Positions 8,362 through 18,551 of a DNA stretch of 64,000 nt are shown one piece after another. The notes beneath the pieces were generated by a model. That model saw only the letters and a list, made by a program, of their open reading frames with translations, ran no database searches and was not told the origin of the DNA. The stretch is from a virus (lineage: Duplodnaviria > Caudoviricetes), in the IMG/VR virus record IMGVR_UViG_3300012020_000003, positions 32,001 through 96,000 of that record. One strand, 5' to 3'. The first letter of the stretch is position 1. Every line of letters begins with the position of its first letter. A program made the position numbers and the translations under genes.

Positions 8362-8805
8362 ATGTTAATTTATATAGCTGGGTTAAATTCAACCAAAAAG
8401 GATTGGATTGACTTAAAATTGAAAGAGTTTTCAAATGATACCTATTCTTATTTCTTATTGAATGATGCCATTCCGGATATAACTGAAGATGCAGTGATAA
8501 TAGCCCATTCAATGGGATGCTTAAACGCCATGCGTCTATGGGATATATATCCGGATAAGATTAAGACAATTCAATTAATCAATCCAACTAACCAAATTTT
8601 TGATTTTGATTTTGATTTTAAGTCTGCGCCAGTAACAATTCATCTAGGTGAAAAAGATGAGATCCTAAATATGCCTAAATTATATAAAGATATTGAAGTG
8701 AATTATATTAAATTGATAGTCTATAAAGATCTATCACACAGATTTGATGAAAACCAATTTAACGAAATATTATCAAATGTTGAACCTTATTTAAATATAG
8801 TTTAA
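8362..8805 (+). CDS. Small alpha/beta hydrolase (YqiA/esterase-like)
   Basis: IAGLNS oxyanion region, AHSMG nucleophile elbow, GEKDE Asp, SHRF His. Confidence 0.75.
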   Translation: MLIYIAGLNSTKKDWIDLKLKEFSNDTYSYFLLNDAIPDITEDAVIIAHSMGCLNAMRLWDIYPDKIKTIQLINPTNQIFDFDFDFKSAPVTIHLGEKDEILNMPKLYKDIEVNYIKLIVYKDLSHRFDENQFNEILSNVEPYLNIV

Positions 8806-8812
8806 TTTTTTT

Positions 8813-8893
8813 GCTCTCGTGGTGTAATGGCAGGCACGCCAGTTTTAGAAACTGGTGTCGTAAGACGTGTCGGTTCAAGTCCGACCGAGAGTA
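8813..8893 (+). tRNA. tRNA-Leu(TAG)
   Basis: gctctcg/cgagagt; ccagt-ttTAGaa-actgg; variable arm. Confidence 0.9.
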
Positions 8894-8967
8894 CTTGGGC
8901 CGAAGATTAATTGCGCCATTTCGTGATCATATCTTATTCAACTGCTGAAATGCATCGGTTCAACCAT

Positions 8968-9054
8968 GGAAATGTGACAGAGTGCTAATGTAGTCACCTG
9001 CTAAGTGAACGTCAGGTAGAAATGCCTGCGGAGGTTGGATCCCTCCCGTTTCCG
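8968..9054 (+). tRNA. tRNA-Ser(GCT)
   Basis: ggaaatg/cgtttcc; tcac-ctGCTaa-gtga; long variable arm. Confidence 0.85.
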
Positions 9055-9352
9055 CTAAATTGATATTAAATATGATATTGATAAAGACAAAACTTGAAAT
9101 CGGCAGATTTATTCAAGCTTCAACTGATGGCGATGACATAAGACAGATCGATGCTGTCGATTTGATACCTTTGCAACTCGGTACATTTGAATTAATACAT
9201 TCAATGACAGATAGTGATGAGTTTCGACTTGCCCAAACAATGATATTGAATAAATTAATGAAAAATGTTAATAAAATGTTAATTCCACCACAGATCATAA
9301 ATAATTGAAAAATATGTTATATATTTGTTGAGTAATTAAAACAATAAATATT

Positions 9353-9598
9353 ATGACAACTTTTAAAGTCGGCACTGAAATTGAAATCAGAGAGAATCAC
9401 AAACCTTTATACCAGATATTTGGTAACAAAGGTAAGATTAAAGCAATAAATACCACGTGTCAACAGTATAATCAGACTGAACGGACTGAATATTATGATG
9501 TCGAAGTTATTTCATTGCTTTCAAGAAAGATGGAAGTGATGCCAGTCAAAAAAATACATGTTATACCACTTAAAGGGGTGGCGATACACCAAATATAA
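9353..9598 (+). CDS. Hypothetical protein
   Basis: ORF after promoter 9320-9327. Confidence 0.6.
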   Translation: MTTFKVGTEIEIRENHKPLYQIFGNKGKIKAINTTCQQYNQTERTEYYDVEVISLLSRKMEVMPVKKIHVIPLKGVAIHQI

Positions 9599-10056
9599 TG
9601 GTTGGAATATTAATTATTGATCCACCGGATGTAACACGGAAACATAATAAGCAATCCAGCTGGAAACGAACAGCCATATTGCAATTTCCTGGAGACGAAA
9701 CTGATAAAATGTGGCGTTGGTATATAAAGAAACGATATGGGTTAGAATTAAACCAACCATTAAGGCAATGCCACATAACAATTGTCAATGATAGATATCA
9801 GGACACTGCAAAATGGAATGAATTTAAAAGTAAATTTAACCATACTAACATTAATATTGATGTTAGTCGGGAACTTCGCAGTAATGGAGAACATTGGTGG
9901 TTAAGAGTTGATGAAAATGAAGAAATTAAAGCCATTAGGACATTTTTAAATTTAGGCGAGCCCTTTTTTAAATACCATTTGACTATTGGTCTAGCAAACT
10001 CCAGAAATATTAAACATTCAGAATATATTTTAAGACAAATTTTAAATTATTATTAA
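9598..10056 (+). CDS. 2H phosphoesterase family protein (Acb1/LigT-like candidate)
   Basis: Two HxT motifs (CHITIV, YHLTIG) about 70 aa apart. Confidence 0.7.
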   Translation: MVGILIIDPPDVTRKHNKQSSWKRTAILQFPGDETDKMWRWYIKKRYGLELNQPLRQCHITIVNDRYQDTAKWNEFKSKFNHTNINIDVSRELRSNGEHWWLRVDENEEIKAIRTFLNLGEPFFKYHLTIGLANSRNIKHSEYILRQILNYY

Positions 10057-10057
10057 T

Positions 10058-10372
10058 ATGCAAACGTTTATAATCGTCGTAGTTGCAGTTTTTGCTTTAG
10101 GAGCATTAATTAATGAATTATTATCAGCTTTCAACATCAGTAAACCATATCCAGAGATTTTTGGAACTTTGTTTTTTACTATATCGACTGTCTTAGGAAT
10201 TTTAGTAATTTCTAAATTAATGTTCGTATTGTTGGCACTGGCATTTGTACACCAGGAAAATAAGTTACACTGGGATAAATATGCATCATATCGCACATTT
10301 GATTATACGGTTTGTATATTAGGGTTTGGTTATCAATTATATTCGATTTATCAATATATCTATTCTTTATAA
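10058..10372 (+). CDS. Membrane protein
   Basis: 3-4 hydrophobic segments. Confidence 0.6.
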   Translation: MQTFIIVVVAVFALGALINELLSAFNISKPYPEIFGTLFFTISTVLGILVISKLMFVLLALAFVHQENKLHWDKYASYRTFDYTVCILGFGYQLYSIYQYIYSL

Positions 10373-10391
10373 ACGGCAACTTTACTAATAT

Positions 10392-10468
10392 GGTCGGGTA
10401 CTCAATATTGAATCTCGAGTTAGGTCTGCAAAACTTAATAAATGTGAGATAGTCACTCACCCTGGCTT
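10392..10468 (+). tRNA. tRNA-Cys(GCA) with non-canonical T-loop
   Basis: ggtcggg/cctggct; taggt-ctGCAaa-actta; T arm gtgag-atagtca-ctcac. Confidence 0.75.
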
Positions 10469-10529
10469 CAAAAGGTTAGGGCAGGCCACTTAATAAAATA
10501 ATTAATACTAATTATATAAAGGAGACTTT

Positions 10530-11219
10530 ATGTATAATAGTATTAACGCCGAATCTGAACTAATTTGTAAATTTTGTAATTCATTAAAACCAACGAAAAA
10601 TTCACTTAGACAACATGAGATTAGATGCAAATCTAATCCTGACAAATTAATAATTACATCTAATTTCATTAAATATAATCAAAAAGTAAGAAATGGCGAA
10701 ATTCAAGGCCAAAATCAATATACAAAGGCTGAAAGGTTATGTCTTCCTAAACCTAAGTTATCTAAAGAAACACTTAGAAAAATGTCTGAAAAGGCATCAC
10801 AGTATGTTTGGTCAAAACAAAGAAAATCACAGCATTCCGAAAGTATGCAAAACGCTGTAAAGAAAAATCCTGAATCGTACTCATCAAAAAATGTCTCCGG
10901 AAGAGTTAAAAACATCAATTATGAAGGCATCATACTTAATGGGAACTGGGAACTGGAGTTTGTTCTATGGATGAATAGGAATAATATTGTCTGGCAAAGA
11001 AATTCGAATGGGTTTAAATATTATTGGCCTGAATCGGGGAAAATTCATTTGTATTTCCCGGATTTTTATTTGCCGGAATTAAATTTATATGTTGAAATTA
11101 AAGGTTATCAAAGAGATAGAGATTTATGTAAATGGAGAGCGGTTGATAATCTTATCGTAATTAAACAAAAAGAAATAAAAGAAATTCGTGCAAACACATT
11201 TACATTGGCACATAACTAA
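10530..11219 (+). CDS. Homing-type PD-(D/E)XK endonuclease, paralog of 1923..2675
   Basis: CKFC..HEIRC Zn finger; shared PESYS.NVSGRVKNI.Y and YFPDFYLPE..E.KGYQRDRDLCKW. Confidence 0.75.
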   Translation: MYNSINAESELICKFCNSLKPTKNSLRQHEIRCKSNPDKLIITSNFIKYNQKVRNGEIQGQNQYTKAERLCLPKPKLSKETLRKMSEKASQYVWSKQRKSQHSESMQNAVKKNPESYSSKNVSGRVKNINYEGIILNGNWELEFVLWMNRNNIVWQRNSNGFKYYWPESGKIHLYFPDFYLPELNLYVEIKGYQRDRDLCKWRAVDNLIVIKQKEIKEIRANTFTLAHN

Positions 11220-11234
11220 TTTAATAATTCAGAA

Positions 11235-11311
11235 TGTCTCGTATCCCCTCATTCTTATACAATGTAGAAAGGGTAATCGGTTACATGTCGGTTCGATCCC
11301 GACCGAGACAA
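11235..11311 (+). tRNA. Non-canonical tRNA-Ile(TAT), no D-arm, D-loop-like motif after the anticodon arm
   Basis: tgtctcg/cgagaca; ccct-catt-ctTATac-aatg-tagaa-aggg-taatcgg; gtcgg-ttcgatc-ccgac. Confidence 0.7.
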
Positions 11312-11470
11312 CTAAAAATAATATATAATGACAATTTTAGAAGTCAATGAAATCGATATGAATGATTATCCAGATTTTTCAGATGCTTATATTTCAAAAG
11401 CAGAAAAGGACGGCCAGTAGGGGAAACGGTCGTAACCCTGTTTTTAATTTATTAATTTAAAATTTTAAAT

Positions 11471-11680
11471 ATGTTTACTCCAATACCATGCATTCAATAC
11501 ATTGGTCTGTTTGATATTGACGCCGAAAACAATTTGACGCCCAAAGTTATATATGTTAGTCCAACACCTAGTGGGGCCACGCAATATTACGTTAGGAAAA
11601 ACGGAAACAGAATATTACAAATAACCGAAGCAGAGTTTCTAAAAGCAACCGAGCTTGCAGCATTCGTACAAAAATGGTAA
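11471..11680 (+). CDS. Hypothetical protein
   Basis: 69-aa ORF. Confidence 0.55.
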   Translation: MFTPIPCIQYIGLFDIDAENNLTPKVIYVSPTPSGATQYYVRKNGNRILQITEAEFLKATELAAFVQKW

Positions 11681-11886
11681 TTATAAGTTTAATTCTAACA
11701 TTCTTTATATTATATTTACGGTATTATGCTATTAATTGGATATCGTTTTACGAAAGTAAATGGGTTTCCGAAAGTATGATGGTAATTATTATGTTTTCCA
11801 TGTTTCTTGGACCTATATTCGCAGGATTGTTAGGTGTAGCAGCATTATTTTATGGAATTCATTATTTATTAAATCTTTGGTTATGA
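11674..11886 (+). CDS. Small membrane protein
   Basis: Hydrophobic 70-aa ORF. Confidence 0.5.
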   Translation: MVIISLILTFFILYLRYYAINWISFYESKWVSESMMVIIMFSMFLGPIFAGLLGVAALFYGIHYLLNLWL

Positions 11887-12122
11887 TGAATAATATTAAA
11901 AATTTCTTCATAATGCTGAAGAATTTATTTTCAAAAACAATGGCCATAATATTATTATCGACAATGTGTATATTGCATATTATGTTTGTTGTAATGTTGT
12001 TTACTGCACATTCTGGTGCAACTGGGTTGGGTATAATACTTTTCCTTTGGTGGTTCTATATTATTACATTTGTGGATTAAGATTTCTTCAGTTTTGTAAC
12101 TATTTATCATAAAGGATTTAAT

Positions 12123-12383
12123 ATGAATTACCAAGATTTTTTCAATGAACTTATTAAACGATGGTCAGCTGAAAAGCCTGAATTTTTTAAGACATTGCAA
12201 AATATTTCGATAGGAGTTTTATTAGTAACTGGCATTCCAGCAGCATTATCAAAGTTTGGAGTTGATATAAATTTCATACCTTTGTGGGTTAATGCCAGTT
12301 TGAGTTTATTGTCAGCAGGAGCTACCATGATAACACAATTAACAGTTTCGACCGCTGAAAAACTTAGATTAATGATTGATTAA
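12123..12383 (+). CDS. Putative holin-like membrane protein
   Basis: Basic N-terminus (KRWSAEKPEFFK), two TM helices, preceded by the ACTATTTAT motif. Confidence 0.55.
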   Translation: MNYQDFFNELIKRWSAEKPEFFKTLQNISIGVLLVTGIPAALSKFGVDINFIPLWVNASLSLLSAGATMITQLTVSTAEKLRLMID

Positions 12384-12388
12384 TACAT

Positions 12389-12460
12389 TGGGAATTGGTG
12401 TAATGGTTAGCACTCTACCCTGATACGGTGGCAGTTCGGGTTCGAGTCCCGGATTTCCTA
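12389..12460 (+). tRNA. tRNA-Ile(GAT)
   Basis: ctacc-ctGATac-ggtgg; GGTTCGAGTCC. Confidence 0.88.
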
Positions 12461-12469
12461 CAAATTAAT

Positions 12470-12549
12470 GCGGATATAGTCACACCATTCTTCTAAAATG
12501 GTATAGTGTAATGGATCTGAAAATGTTAGTTCGAGTCTAACTATCCGTA
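12470..12549 (+). tRNA. Non-canonical tRNA-Arg(TCT), no D-arm, D-loop-like motif after the anticodon arm
   Basis: gcggata/tatccgt; cac-accatt-ctTCTaa-aatggt-ata-gtg-taatgg; gttag-ttcgagt-ctaac. Confidence 0.7.
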
Positions 12550-12747
12550 CTAAATAATTTAACTTATGAAAATTAGAAATACCGATGGCGAACTACACAT
12601 TATGCCATCTTCATCTATTAACTGCAACAATGAAAAATTAGTTATGTATGGTGAATCATTATTAGATTTCCAGATTATTGCCGAAATAATAAAATTGATT
12701 AATAATCCGAAAAATACAACTCAATTCATCTTACAAAAATTAGAATC

Positions 12748-13203
12748 ATGCAATTCAGGATCTTAGATTCACAATTTAAGATAGACGATGGTATTTCATA
12801 TATCAAAAATTATATCGCTGCTAATCCAAACCTTATAGTGAGTATTGGCTGTGATTCACAAAATTTTAGAAAATACTGTGCTTATGTCACTGCGATAGCT
12901 CTTCGTACTCCAAAAGCAGGAGCACATGTAATTTACCAGTCGCAGTTTGTACCAAAAATCAAAGATAAATATTCTAGACTTTGGAGAGAAACAGAAGAAT
13001 CAGTATCATTAGCTAAAATTTTAATTGACCATGGAATAAACATTGATTTAATTGAATTAGATTTTAATAAATCGAAAACAGCCGGATCGAATATGATGAT
13101 TGCACCATCCGTTGGGTATGTAGTAGGATTAGGATTTACCCCGTTGACCAAACCAGACGAATTGATAGCTGTTAGAGCTGCAGACTGCATATTGAAAAGA
13201 TAA
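12748..13203 (+). CDS. RNase H-like YkuK (DUF458) family protein
   Basis: IGCDSQ...GAHVIY...RLWRETEES...ELDFN...RAADC. Confidence 0.75.
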   Translation: MQFRILDSQFKIDDGISYIKNYIAANPNLIVSIGCDSQNFRKYCAYVTAIALRTPKAGAHVIYQSQFVPKIKDKYSRLWRETEESVSLAKILIDHGINIDLIELDFNKSKTAGSNMMIAPSVGYVVGLGFTPLTKPDELIAVRAADCILKR

Positions 13204-13204
13204 A

Positions 13205-13341
13205 ATTCATAAACGCAACCAAGTGGGCAGTAGGGGTTGATGAATTAAATAAATTGTGTAATAAGCAAAAAATGGTCAACTCGAGATAAGACCAAAGTAT
13301 TGTACGAAAGGAATATCCGCAAGGAGAATAACGAAGCCCAT
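13205..13341 (+). ncRNA. Candidate pseudoknotted structured RNA
   Basis: attcat..caacc/ggttgatgaat stem whose loop gtgggc can pair with gcccat (13336-13341); tggtc/gacca; tcc-gcaa-gga GNRA hairpin. Confidence 0.45.
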
Positions 13342-13435
13342 TTAAAATTTGTTAATGATTTGTTAATTATTGTTATAAATCAAAATAATCAAAAAATATG
13401 TTGTACATTTGTAGGGTAATTAAAAAATAATTAAA

Positions 13436-14536
13436 ATGAATTTATCTTTAAGCACACAAGACATTAGATCCATAACAGTTATGGCATCTGATATTAAAAT
13501 TAAGTCTAACGAAGTTATTATTGTTAAAGGTACTCGAATGCCAATGGCCACCGAAGCTTTTGAAGATATATTAGATTTAGCAGGAATTGGAAAGAAGACC
13601 ATTACTCATTTAAATGATACAATGGATAACACTTCAGGATATACATTGGTGCAAATGGTCATGAACCACTTAGCAACCAAAAGACAATTGAAATTAAAAA
13701 TAATTGTAGACTTGACATCACAAAAAGTAATTCGAGTAGCTGATGAGTCAACATTAGTTAATGCAATTTCACTTGATTCTTTTGAAAAATTAATGGAATT
13801 AATTCAACGCGATTCTTCAAAAATTGTATTCTTAGACCCAGTAATAATGGAAAACGGAACAAAGGTTTCAGTCCAAGTTAAATGGGATCAATCTATTCCA
13901 CTTACATTTAAAGGCGAAGATATTGCTTTAGGTAAGCAATTTACTTACGACATGTTTGGTGCTATGACGGTTGAAGATTTAGTTGAAAGGCAAATTTGTA
14001 CAAACGGCATGACCGGTATTGTTCCAGCATACGCAAAAGAATTGACATCTGGAAATGATCCAGGAGAATGGTATAAGCAAATAATTCAGGGATTAAGAAC
14101 TCCAAACCAGGATTTTATAAAAACCTACGAAAAATATTTGTTGGCAGCAAAACAGTCAAATTTATCTGTTTCTGAATACAATACAATTAAGTATCAGATG
14201 ATGCATTGGAATAAAGATCCAGAAATCATTCGAAGATATTTGGGGACTGAAGATTGGAAACTTGATTACGAAAAACGAGGAATTACGTTATCCGAGTTAA
14301 CTAAAGACCAATTAAAGAATTGCCCGACTCCTGTGAACAAATGGGATGCAATTAATCTTATGACTGATTTGAGTTCACATATTTATAATTCCCACGTAGA
14401 CGGGAAAACAATGAGAGATACTCAACAACTGGCTGGTAAGTTTTTAAGACGACCAGCAGACGAAGATAGGTTTGTATATAACGTCCCAGTATATCGCAAC
14501 AGAGTTGTATTCGACGAATTACAAACTATAGATTAA
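13436..14536 (+). CDS. DUF932/DUF945-like protein
   Basis: VERQICTNGM motif and C-terminal NKWDAINLMT...SH. Confidence 0.55.
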   Translation: MNLSLSTQDIRSITVMASDIKIKSNEVIIVKGTRMPMATEAFEDILDLAGIGKKTITHLNDTMDNTSGYTLVQMVMNHLATKRQLKLKIIVDLTSQKVIRVADESTLVNAISLDSFEKLMELIQRDSSKIVFLDPVIMENGTKVSVQVKWDQSIPLTFKGEDIALGKQFTYDMFGAMTVEDLVERQICTNGMTGIVPAYAKELTSGNDPGEWYKQIIQGLRTPNQDFIKTYEKYLLAAKQSNLSVSEYNTIKYQMMHWNKDPEIIRRYLGTEDWKLDYEKRGITLSELTKDQLKNCPTPVNKWDAINLMTDLSSHIYNSHVDGKTMRDTQQLAGKFLRRPADEDRFVYNVPVYRNRVVFDELQTID

Positions 14537-14567
14537 TTTTATTTTTAATTACATATATTTTATTTTT

Positions 14568-14596
14568 AAGGCCCGTAGCAATACTGGCCTTTTTTG
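14568..14596 (+). terminator. Intrinsic terminator
   Basis: aaggcc-cgtagcaatact-ggcctt + T tract. Confidence 0.65.
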
Positions 14597-14685
14597 TTAA
14601 TGATTTGTTAATGGTGTCAAAAAAAGTGAATGGTATTTAAAATACCGTTATCTTTGTTAGGTAATTAAAAATAAAATAAACGAAT

Positions 14686-15858
14686 ATGATTTACTTAATG
14701 ACAGTTGCAAATGTTGACAGCCTTGAAGGAGCTGTGGTAACAAGATTAGATGGTACAGAAGTTCCATTCATAATCACCGATACCAAACATTGGGCGTATT
14801 TTATTGAAGTAGAAGGATCCGAATTTAAGGTTAGGCCTTATGCTATTGTTTCGGCCTATCAGGGCGGCACCAAACTAAGACTTGATACCACTTCTACAAA
14901 AATACGCCAGATGACCAATGAAAAAATCGCCGAGATGACTTCCATTAAAACACGTGATGTTGACAATAATGAAGAAGAATTGACTGAAATTGATTTGGAT
15001 ATCATACCAACATATCTTAAAGATATTACTTGGGATCCTAAAATGTTCGAGCCAAATCTTACCGGTACATTCTTAGATAAGTTTGTTTCAACAAAAGGTG
15101 GATGGCTGCCAGCTACTAATATTATGGTCACCGGAGATCCAGGTATTGGAAAGTCTAGTAATATGATAGAGACACTTGTTAGAGTTAAAGCAACCAATCC
15201 TAATAAAACTGTTGCATATATTTCGGCTGAAATGGAAGCTGAAGATTTCGAAGAATTTAAACAATTTTATCCTGGGTTGGATGAGATTCCAATATTGTTT
15301 TTAGGTGAATATTTACACGAAGATAAATATCCGATTTGGCAGGTAGTTTCCAGTTTTTTAAATACTGGTTATGATTTAGTGGTTTTGGATTCAATGATTG
15401 AAATTCAAATGATGATACAAGAAGAGTTGAGCTTACCGCAAAAGAAGGGTGAAGCCCACATGTTAAAATTGATGAGAAGACATAATAAAGGTTTTAATAA
15501 AAGCAATTCATATACATGTTTCCTTTGTATTCAGCAAAAAAATAAATCAGGTCAGTATGTTGGATCTAAAAGGTTAGAGCATATGACAACTGCCTTTCTG
15601 CAATTTTTATGGGATCCAAAAGAAAAAGGTAAACGATATATGATTTTTGAAAAGAACCGTAAAGGTTCAGTTAAAAATCGTTTATATTATTCTTTTGCCC
15701 CAACTGGAATTGAATATGATGAAAAACGGTATGCACAAGAGAAAGAACTGTTTGAATTGACTGGTATAACTGGCAAGGACGCAGATGAAATTGCAGAATT
15801 AGGCCTAGCAGAATTTGAAGCCATGTTTAAGGCTCCAAAGAAAGACATAACTGATTAA
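14686..15858 (+). CDS. RadA/Sms (RecA-superfamily) ATPase
   Basis: GDPGIGKS Walker A, YISAEM, VVLDS Walker B, KSGQYVGSKRLEH, KNR. Confidence 0.75.
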   Translation: MIYLMTVANVDSLEGAVVTRLDGTEVPFIITDTKHWAYFIEVEGSEFKVRPYAIVSAYQGGTKLRLDTTSTKIRQMTNEKIAEMTSIKTRDVDNNEEELTEIDLDIIPTYLKDITWDPKMFEPNLTGTFLDKFVSTKGGWLPATNIMVTGDPGIGKSSNMIETLVRVKATNPNKTVAYISAEMEAEDFEEFKQFYPGLDEIPILFLGEYLHEDKYPIWQVVSSFLNTGYDLVVLDSMIEIQMMIQEELSLPQKKGEAHMLKLMRRHNKGFNKSNSYTCFLCIQQKNKSGQYVGSKRLEHMTTAFLQFLWDPKEKGKRYMIFEKNRKGSVKNRLYYSFAPTGIEYDEKRYAQEKELFELTGITGKDADEIAELGLAEFEAMFKAPKKDITD

Positions 15859-16059
15859 TCGGAATTATTAGAATTAAAGTAGCACAGCATCGAGATATAC
15901 TACTTTAATTCGTTTTTAATACAAATACATTAATAAATTATTTAACACCATTAAAAACGAAATATGGACGCCGTAATTAATTTTTCAATAATGTTAGTTG
16001 TTACGATGATGACTTTGGTAACATTAGTTAACATTTTAATAAAAGAATAAAATTTATTT

Positions 16060-16350
16060 ATGAATTCATATCCACATCCACACGATATAAAAGAAAACTA
16101 CCGTGTCTTAGCATATATTACTTCGGCTCCAATAACAAGCTCAAGTCTTGCTCGAGTTCACAGAGTCAAACGTTTAAGTGACAATTTACGAATTGAGCGT
16201 GGCGAAATCGTATTGTTTGGTAATGAACGATGCCGAGTTATTAGATTCGTTGAATTCCCTGATGATTTAGGGGTCGAACTTAAAGTATTGAATAAACTTA
16301 ATACTATTATTGATGCACATTGCTCACAACTAACTGAATTCATACCATGA
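16060..16350 (+). CDS. Hypothetical protein (shares VKRLSD motif with 35743..36909)
   Basis: VHRVKRLSD...GE. Confidence 0.55.
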   Translation: MNSYPHPHDIKENYRVLAYITSAPITSSSLARVHRVKRLSDNLRIERGEIVLFGNERCRVIRFVEFPDDLGVELKVLNKLNTIIDAHCSQLTEFIP

Positions 16351-16619
16351 CGCCATATTTAGAAATTACAGAGACGGAAATGTTAGATATCATTGATAAA
16401 TGCAATGACAATGAAAATGCATATAAAGAATGCATCACTATATTATACGGATCGTTTTATCATCTAACATTATTTGGTTCTACTAATAAATTGATACTCG
16501 GTTCCATGATATATAATCGGATAATTTTGAATAATAACAGAAGATTTGAAATGGCCATAGCCAAACCAAGTTCATCTATATTATCCGATTTTAATAAAAT
16601 ACCATTATGCCGAATTTAA
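16347..16619 (+). CDS. Hypothetical protein
   Basis: Coupled ORF. Confidence 0.55.
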   Translation: MTPYLEITETEMLDIIDKCNDNENAYKECITILYGSFYHLTLFGSTNKLILGSMIYNRIILNNNRRFEMAIAKPSSSILSDFNKIPLCRI

Positions 16620-16640
16620 ATTAAACAATGCCCCTGTATT

Positions 16641-17981
16641 ATGATAAATGTAATAAGTGAGATTCTTCAGGAAATAAATCAAGAAAACGGATCAAATTGG
16701 AAGTTGTCCGTTCTTAAAAAATACAAAGACAATGATCTATTAAAGCGTGTCTTGAAAATGACTTATGATCGTGTAACCTTTACATATGGTATCAAGAAAT
16801 TGTTAACACCTGATCAAGCTAATGGATTAGTTGACTTGACAACATTTTTAAATTTTATTGAACGAAATATTGTGTCACGGGAAGTTACCGGACACAGTGC
16901 GTTGAATTTACTTAAAACCCAAATGAATTTATTATCCAAATCCGATCAATTGATCGCTCGTGGAATTCTAAACCGTGACCTTAGACTAAACTTGGGTCGA
17001 ACAACTATTAATAAGGTTTGGCCCGATTTAATTGTAAAGCCACCTTACATGAGATGCGGAGTCTACTCAGAGAAGACAGCATCCAAAATAAACTTTCCGG
17101 CGATAATAGAACTTAAAGCAGATGGTACATTCCGCTATGTTATTAAAGAAGATGATAAGATAACATTTATGACTAGGTCTGGAGAAGAATCAACTTATCC
17201 AATATTGGAAGCCGAATTTAAAAATGATATATTCTTAAATGGTGTATATGTCGGCGAAATGTTAATTGCTAACTGTGAAACCAGACAAAAATCTAACGGG
17301 TTGATTAATTCAGACAATCCTCCGCATGATGATATTATTTTACAATTATGGGATTTTATAGAACTTGAAGAATTTGCAGATGCAAAGCATCAAAGATCTA
17401 TTTCCAGAACTCCGTACTCAACAAGATTTACCACATTATGCGGCATGCTGTATGATTATTCCGGAGTTAATTTACAATCGCATGTTTCGGAAATTCCAAA
17501 TAGAATTGTTAATAACATTCAAGAAGCATTAACGATTTGCTCACAATGGATGAACGAAGGATTCGAAGGGGCTGTTCTGAAAGACATTAATAATGTATTC
17601 AAGGACCACACTTCCCCGACGCAATTGAAATTGAAATTGGAAATTGATGCCGATGTAAGAATAACTGGATTTTCTGAAGGAACTCCTGGAACAAAACGAG
17701 AGAAGACATTTGGTGCCATAATGTATGAAAACGATGAAGGTACAGTTAAAGGTCAATGTTCAGGATTTACTGACCAGCAGTTGGAAGATTTCAATTCTAA
17801 AAGAGCTGAATTAATTGGCAAGGTTATGACTGTTCAGTTTAATGATCTAACAAGAGCTAGAAACTCTGAGACATACGCATTAAATCATCCAAGGTTTATT
17901 GAGCTTAGAAATGACAAAGACGAAACGGATAGTTTGGAAAGACTATTTGAATTGAAAAACATGGCAATGCAATTGATATGA
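16641..17981 (+). CDS. ATP-dependent DNA ligase (T4 gp30-like)
   Basis: ELKADG motif I, VGEM, WDFI, EGAVLK, LKLK, OB-fold with GFTD and HPRF. Confidence 0.92.
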   Translation: MINVISEILQEINQENGSNWKLSVLKKYKDNDLLKRVLKMTYDRVTFTYGIKKLLTPDQANGLVDLTTFLNFIERNIVSREVTGHSALNLLKTQMNLLSKSDQLIARGILNRDLRLNLGRTTINKVWPDLIVKPPYMRCGVYSEKTASKINFPAIIELKADGTFRYVIKEDDKITFMTRSGEESTYPILEAEFKNDIFLNGVYVGEMLIANCETRQKSNGLINSDNPPHDDIILQLWDFIELEEFADAKHQRSISRTPYSTRFTTLCGMLYDYSGVNLQSHVSEIPNRIVNNIQEALTICSQWMNEGFEGAVLKDINNVFKDHTSPTQLKLKLEIDADVRITGFSEGTPGTKREKTFGAIMYENDEGTVKGQCSGFTDQQLEDFNSKRAELIGKVMTVQFNDLTRARNSETYALNHPRFIELRNDKDETDSLERLFELKNMAMQLI

Positions 17982-18137
17982 CAGATACATTTACAGAGTC
18001 TGAAGTAATTGTATTGATGACCAGGGCATTTAATTTAGGATTTAACAAATATGAAGTCGTAGATGCTGGTCTAGAAGGTCGTGAAACTGATACTGAAATT
18101 CGATGGATTTTAGAACTTTATAAACGTAAACGCACTA

Positions 18138-18551
18138 ATGAAAACCCATCATAACGAATCACATAATCTAATAGAAGATTTAAAACAGTATTTCGAAACC
18201 ACTCCAAGGGAAAAGGTTTTAGAAAATTGGGCAAAGTCTGAATCTTTTGATGAGATTGGACCAACAATGGATGAGTTTCTCAACGTTACAAATTCTAACA
18301 ATGTAAAGGATAGATGGGATGTGCAATTAATTTTAAACGAAGGTTATGATTTAATTGGAGTTTCATTAATAATGGGATATGATACCTATGTATTTTCTAA
18401 TCCTACAGATGCTCGAATCTGTTATGAAAAGTTAGAAATTGAAACAGAGAAGTTATCCGGATGGTTTTATGATCTTCCTGGGTGGGCTGAAACTTGTAAG
18501 TGGTATAAGAATGAATTTAATACTGATCCAATGCCTTTAATATTAATATAA
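18138..18551 (+). CDS. Hypothetical protein
   Basis: 137-aa ORF. Confidence 0.6.
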   Translation: MKTHHNESHNLIEDLKQYFETTPREKVLENWAKSESFDEIGPTMDEFLNVTNSNNVKDRWDVQLILNEGYDLIGVSLIMGYDTYVFSNPTDARICYEKLEIETEKLSGWFYDLPGWAETCKWYKNEFNTDPMPLILI

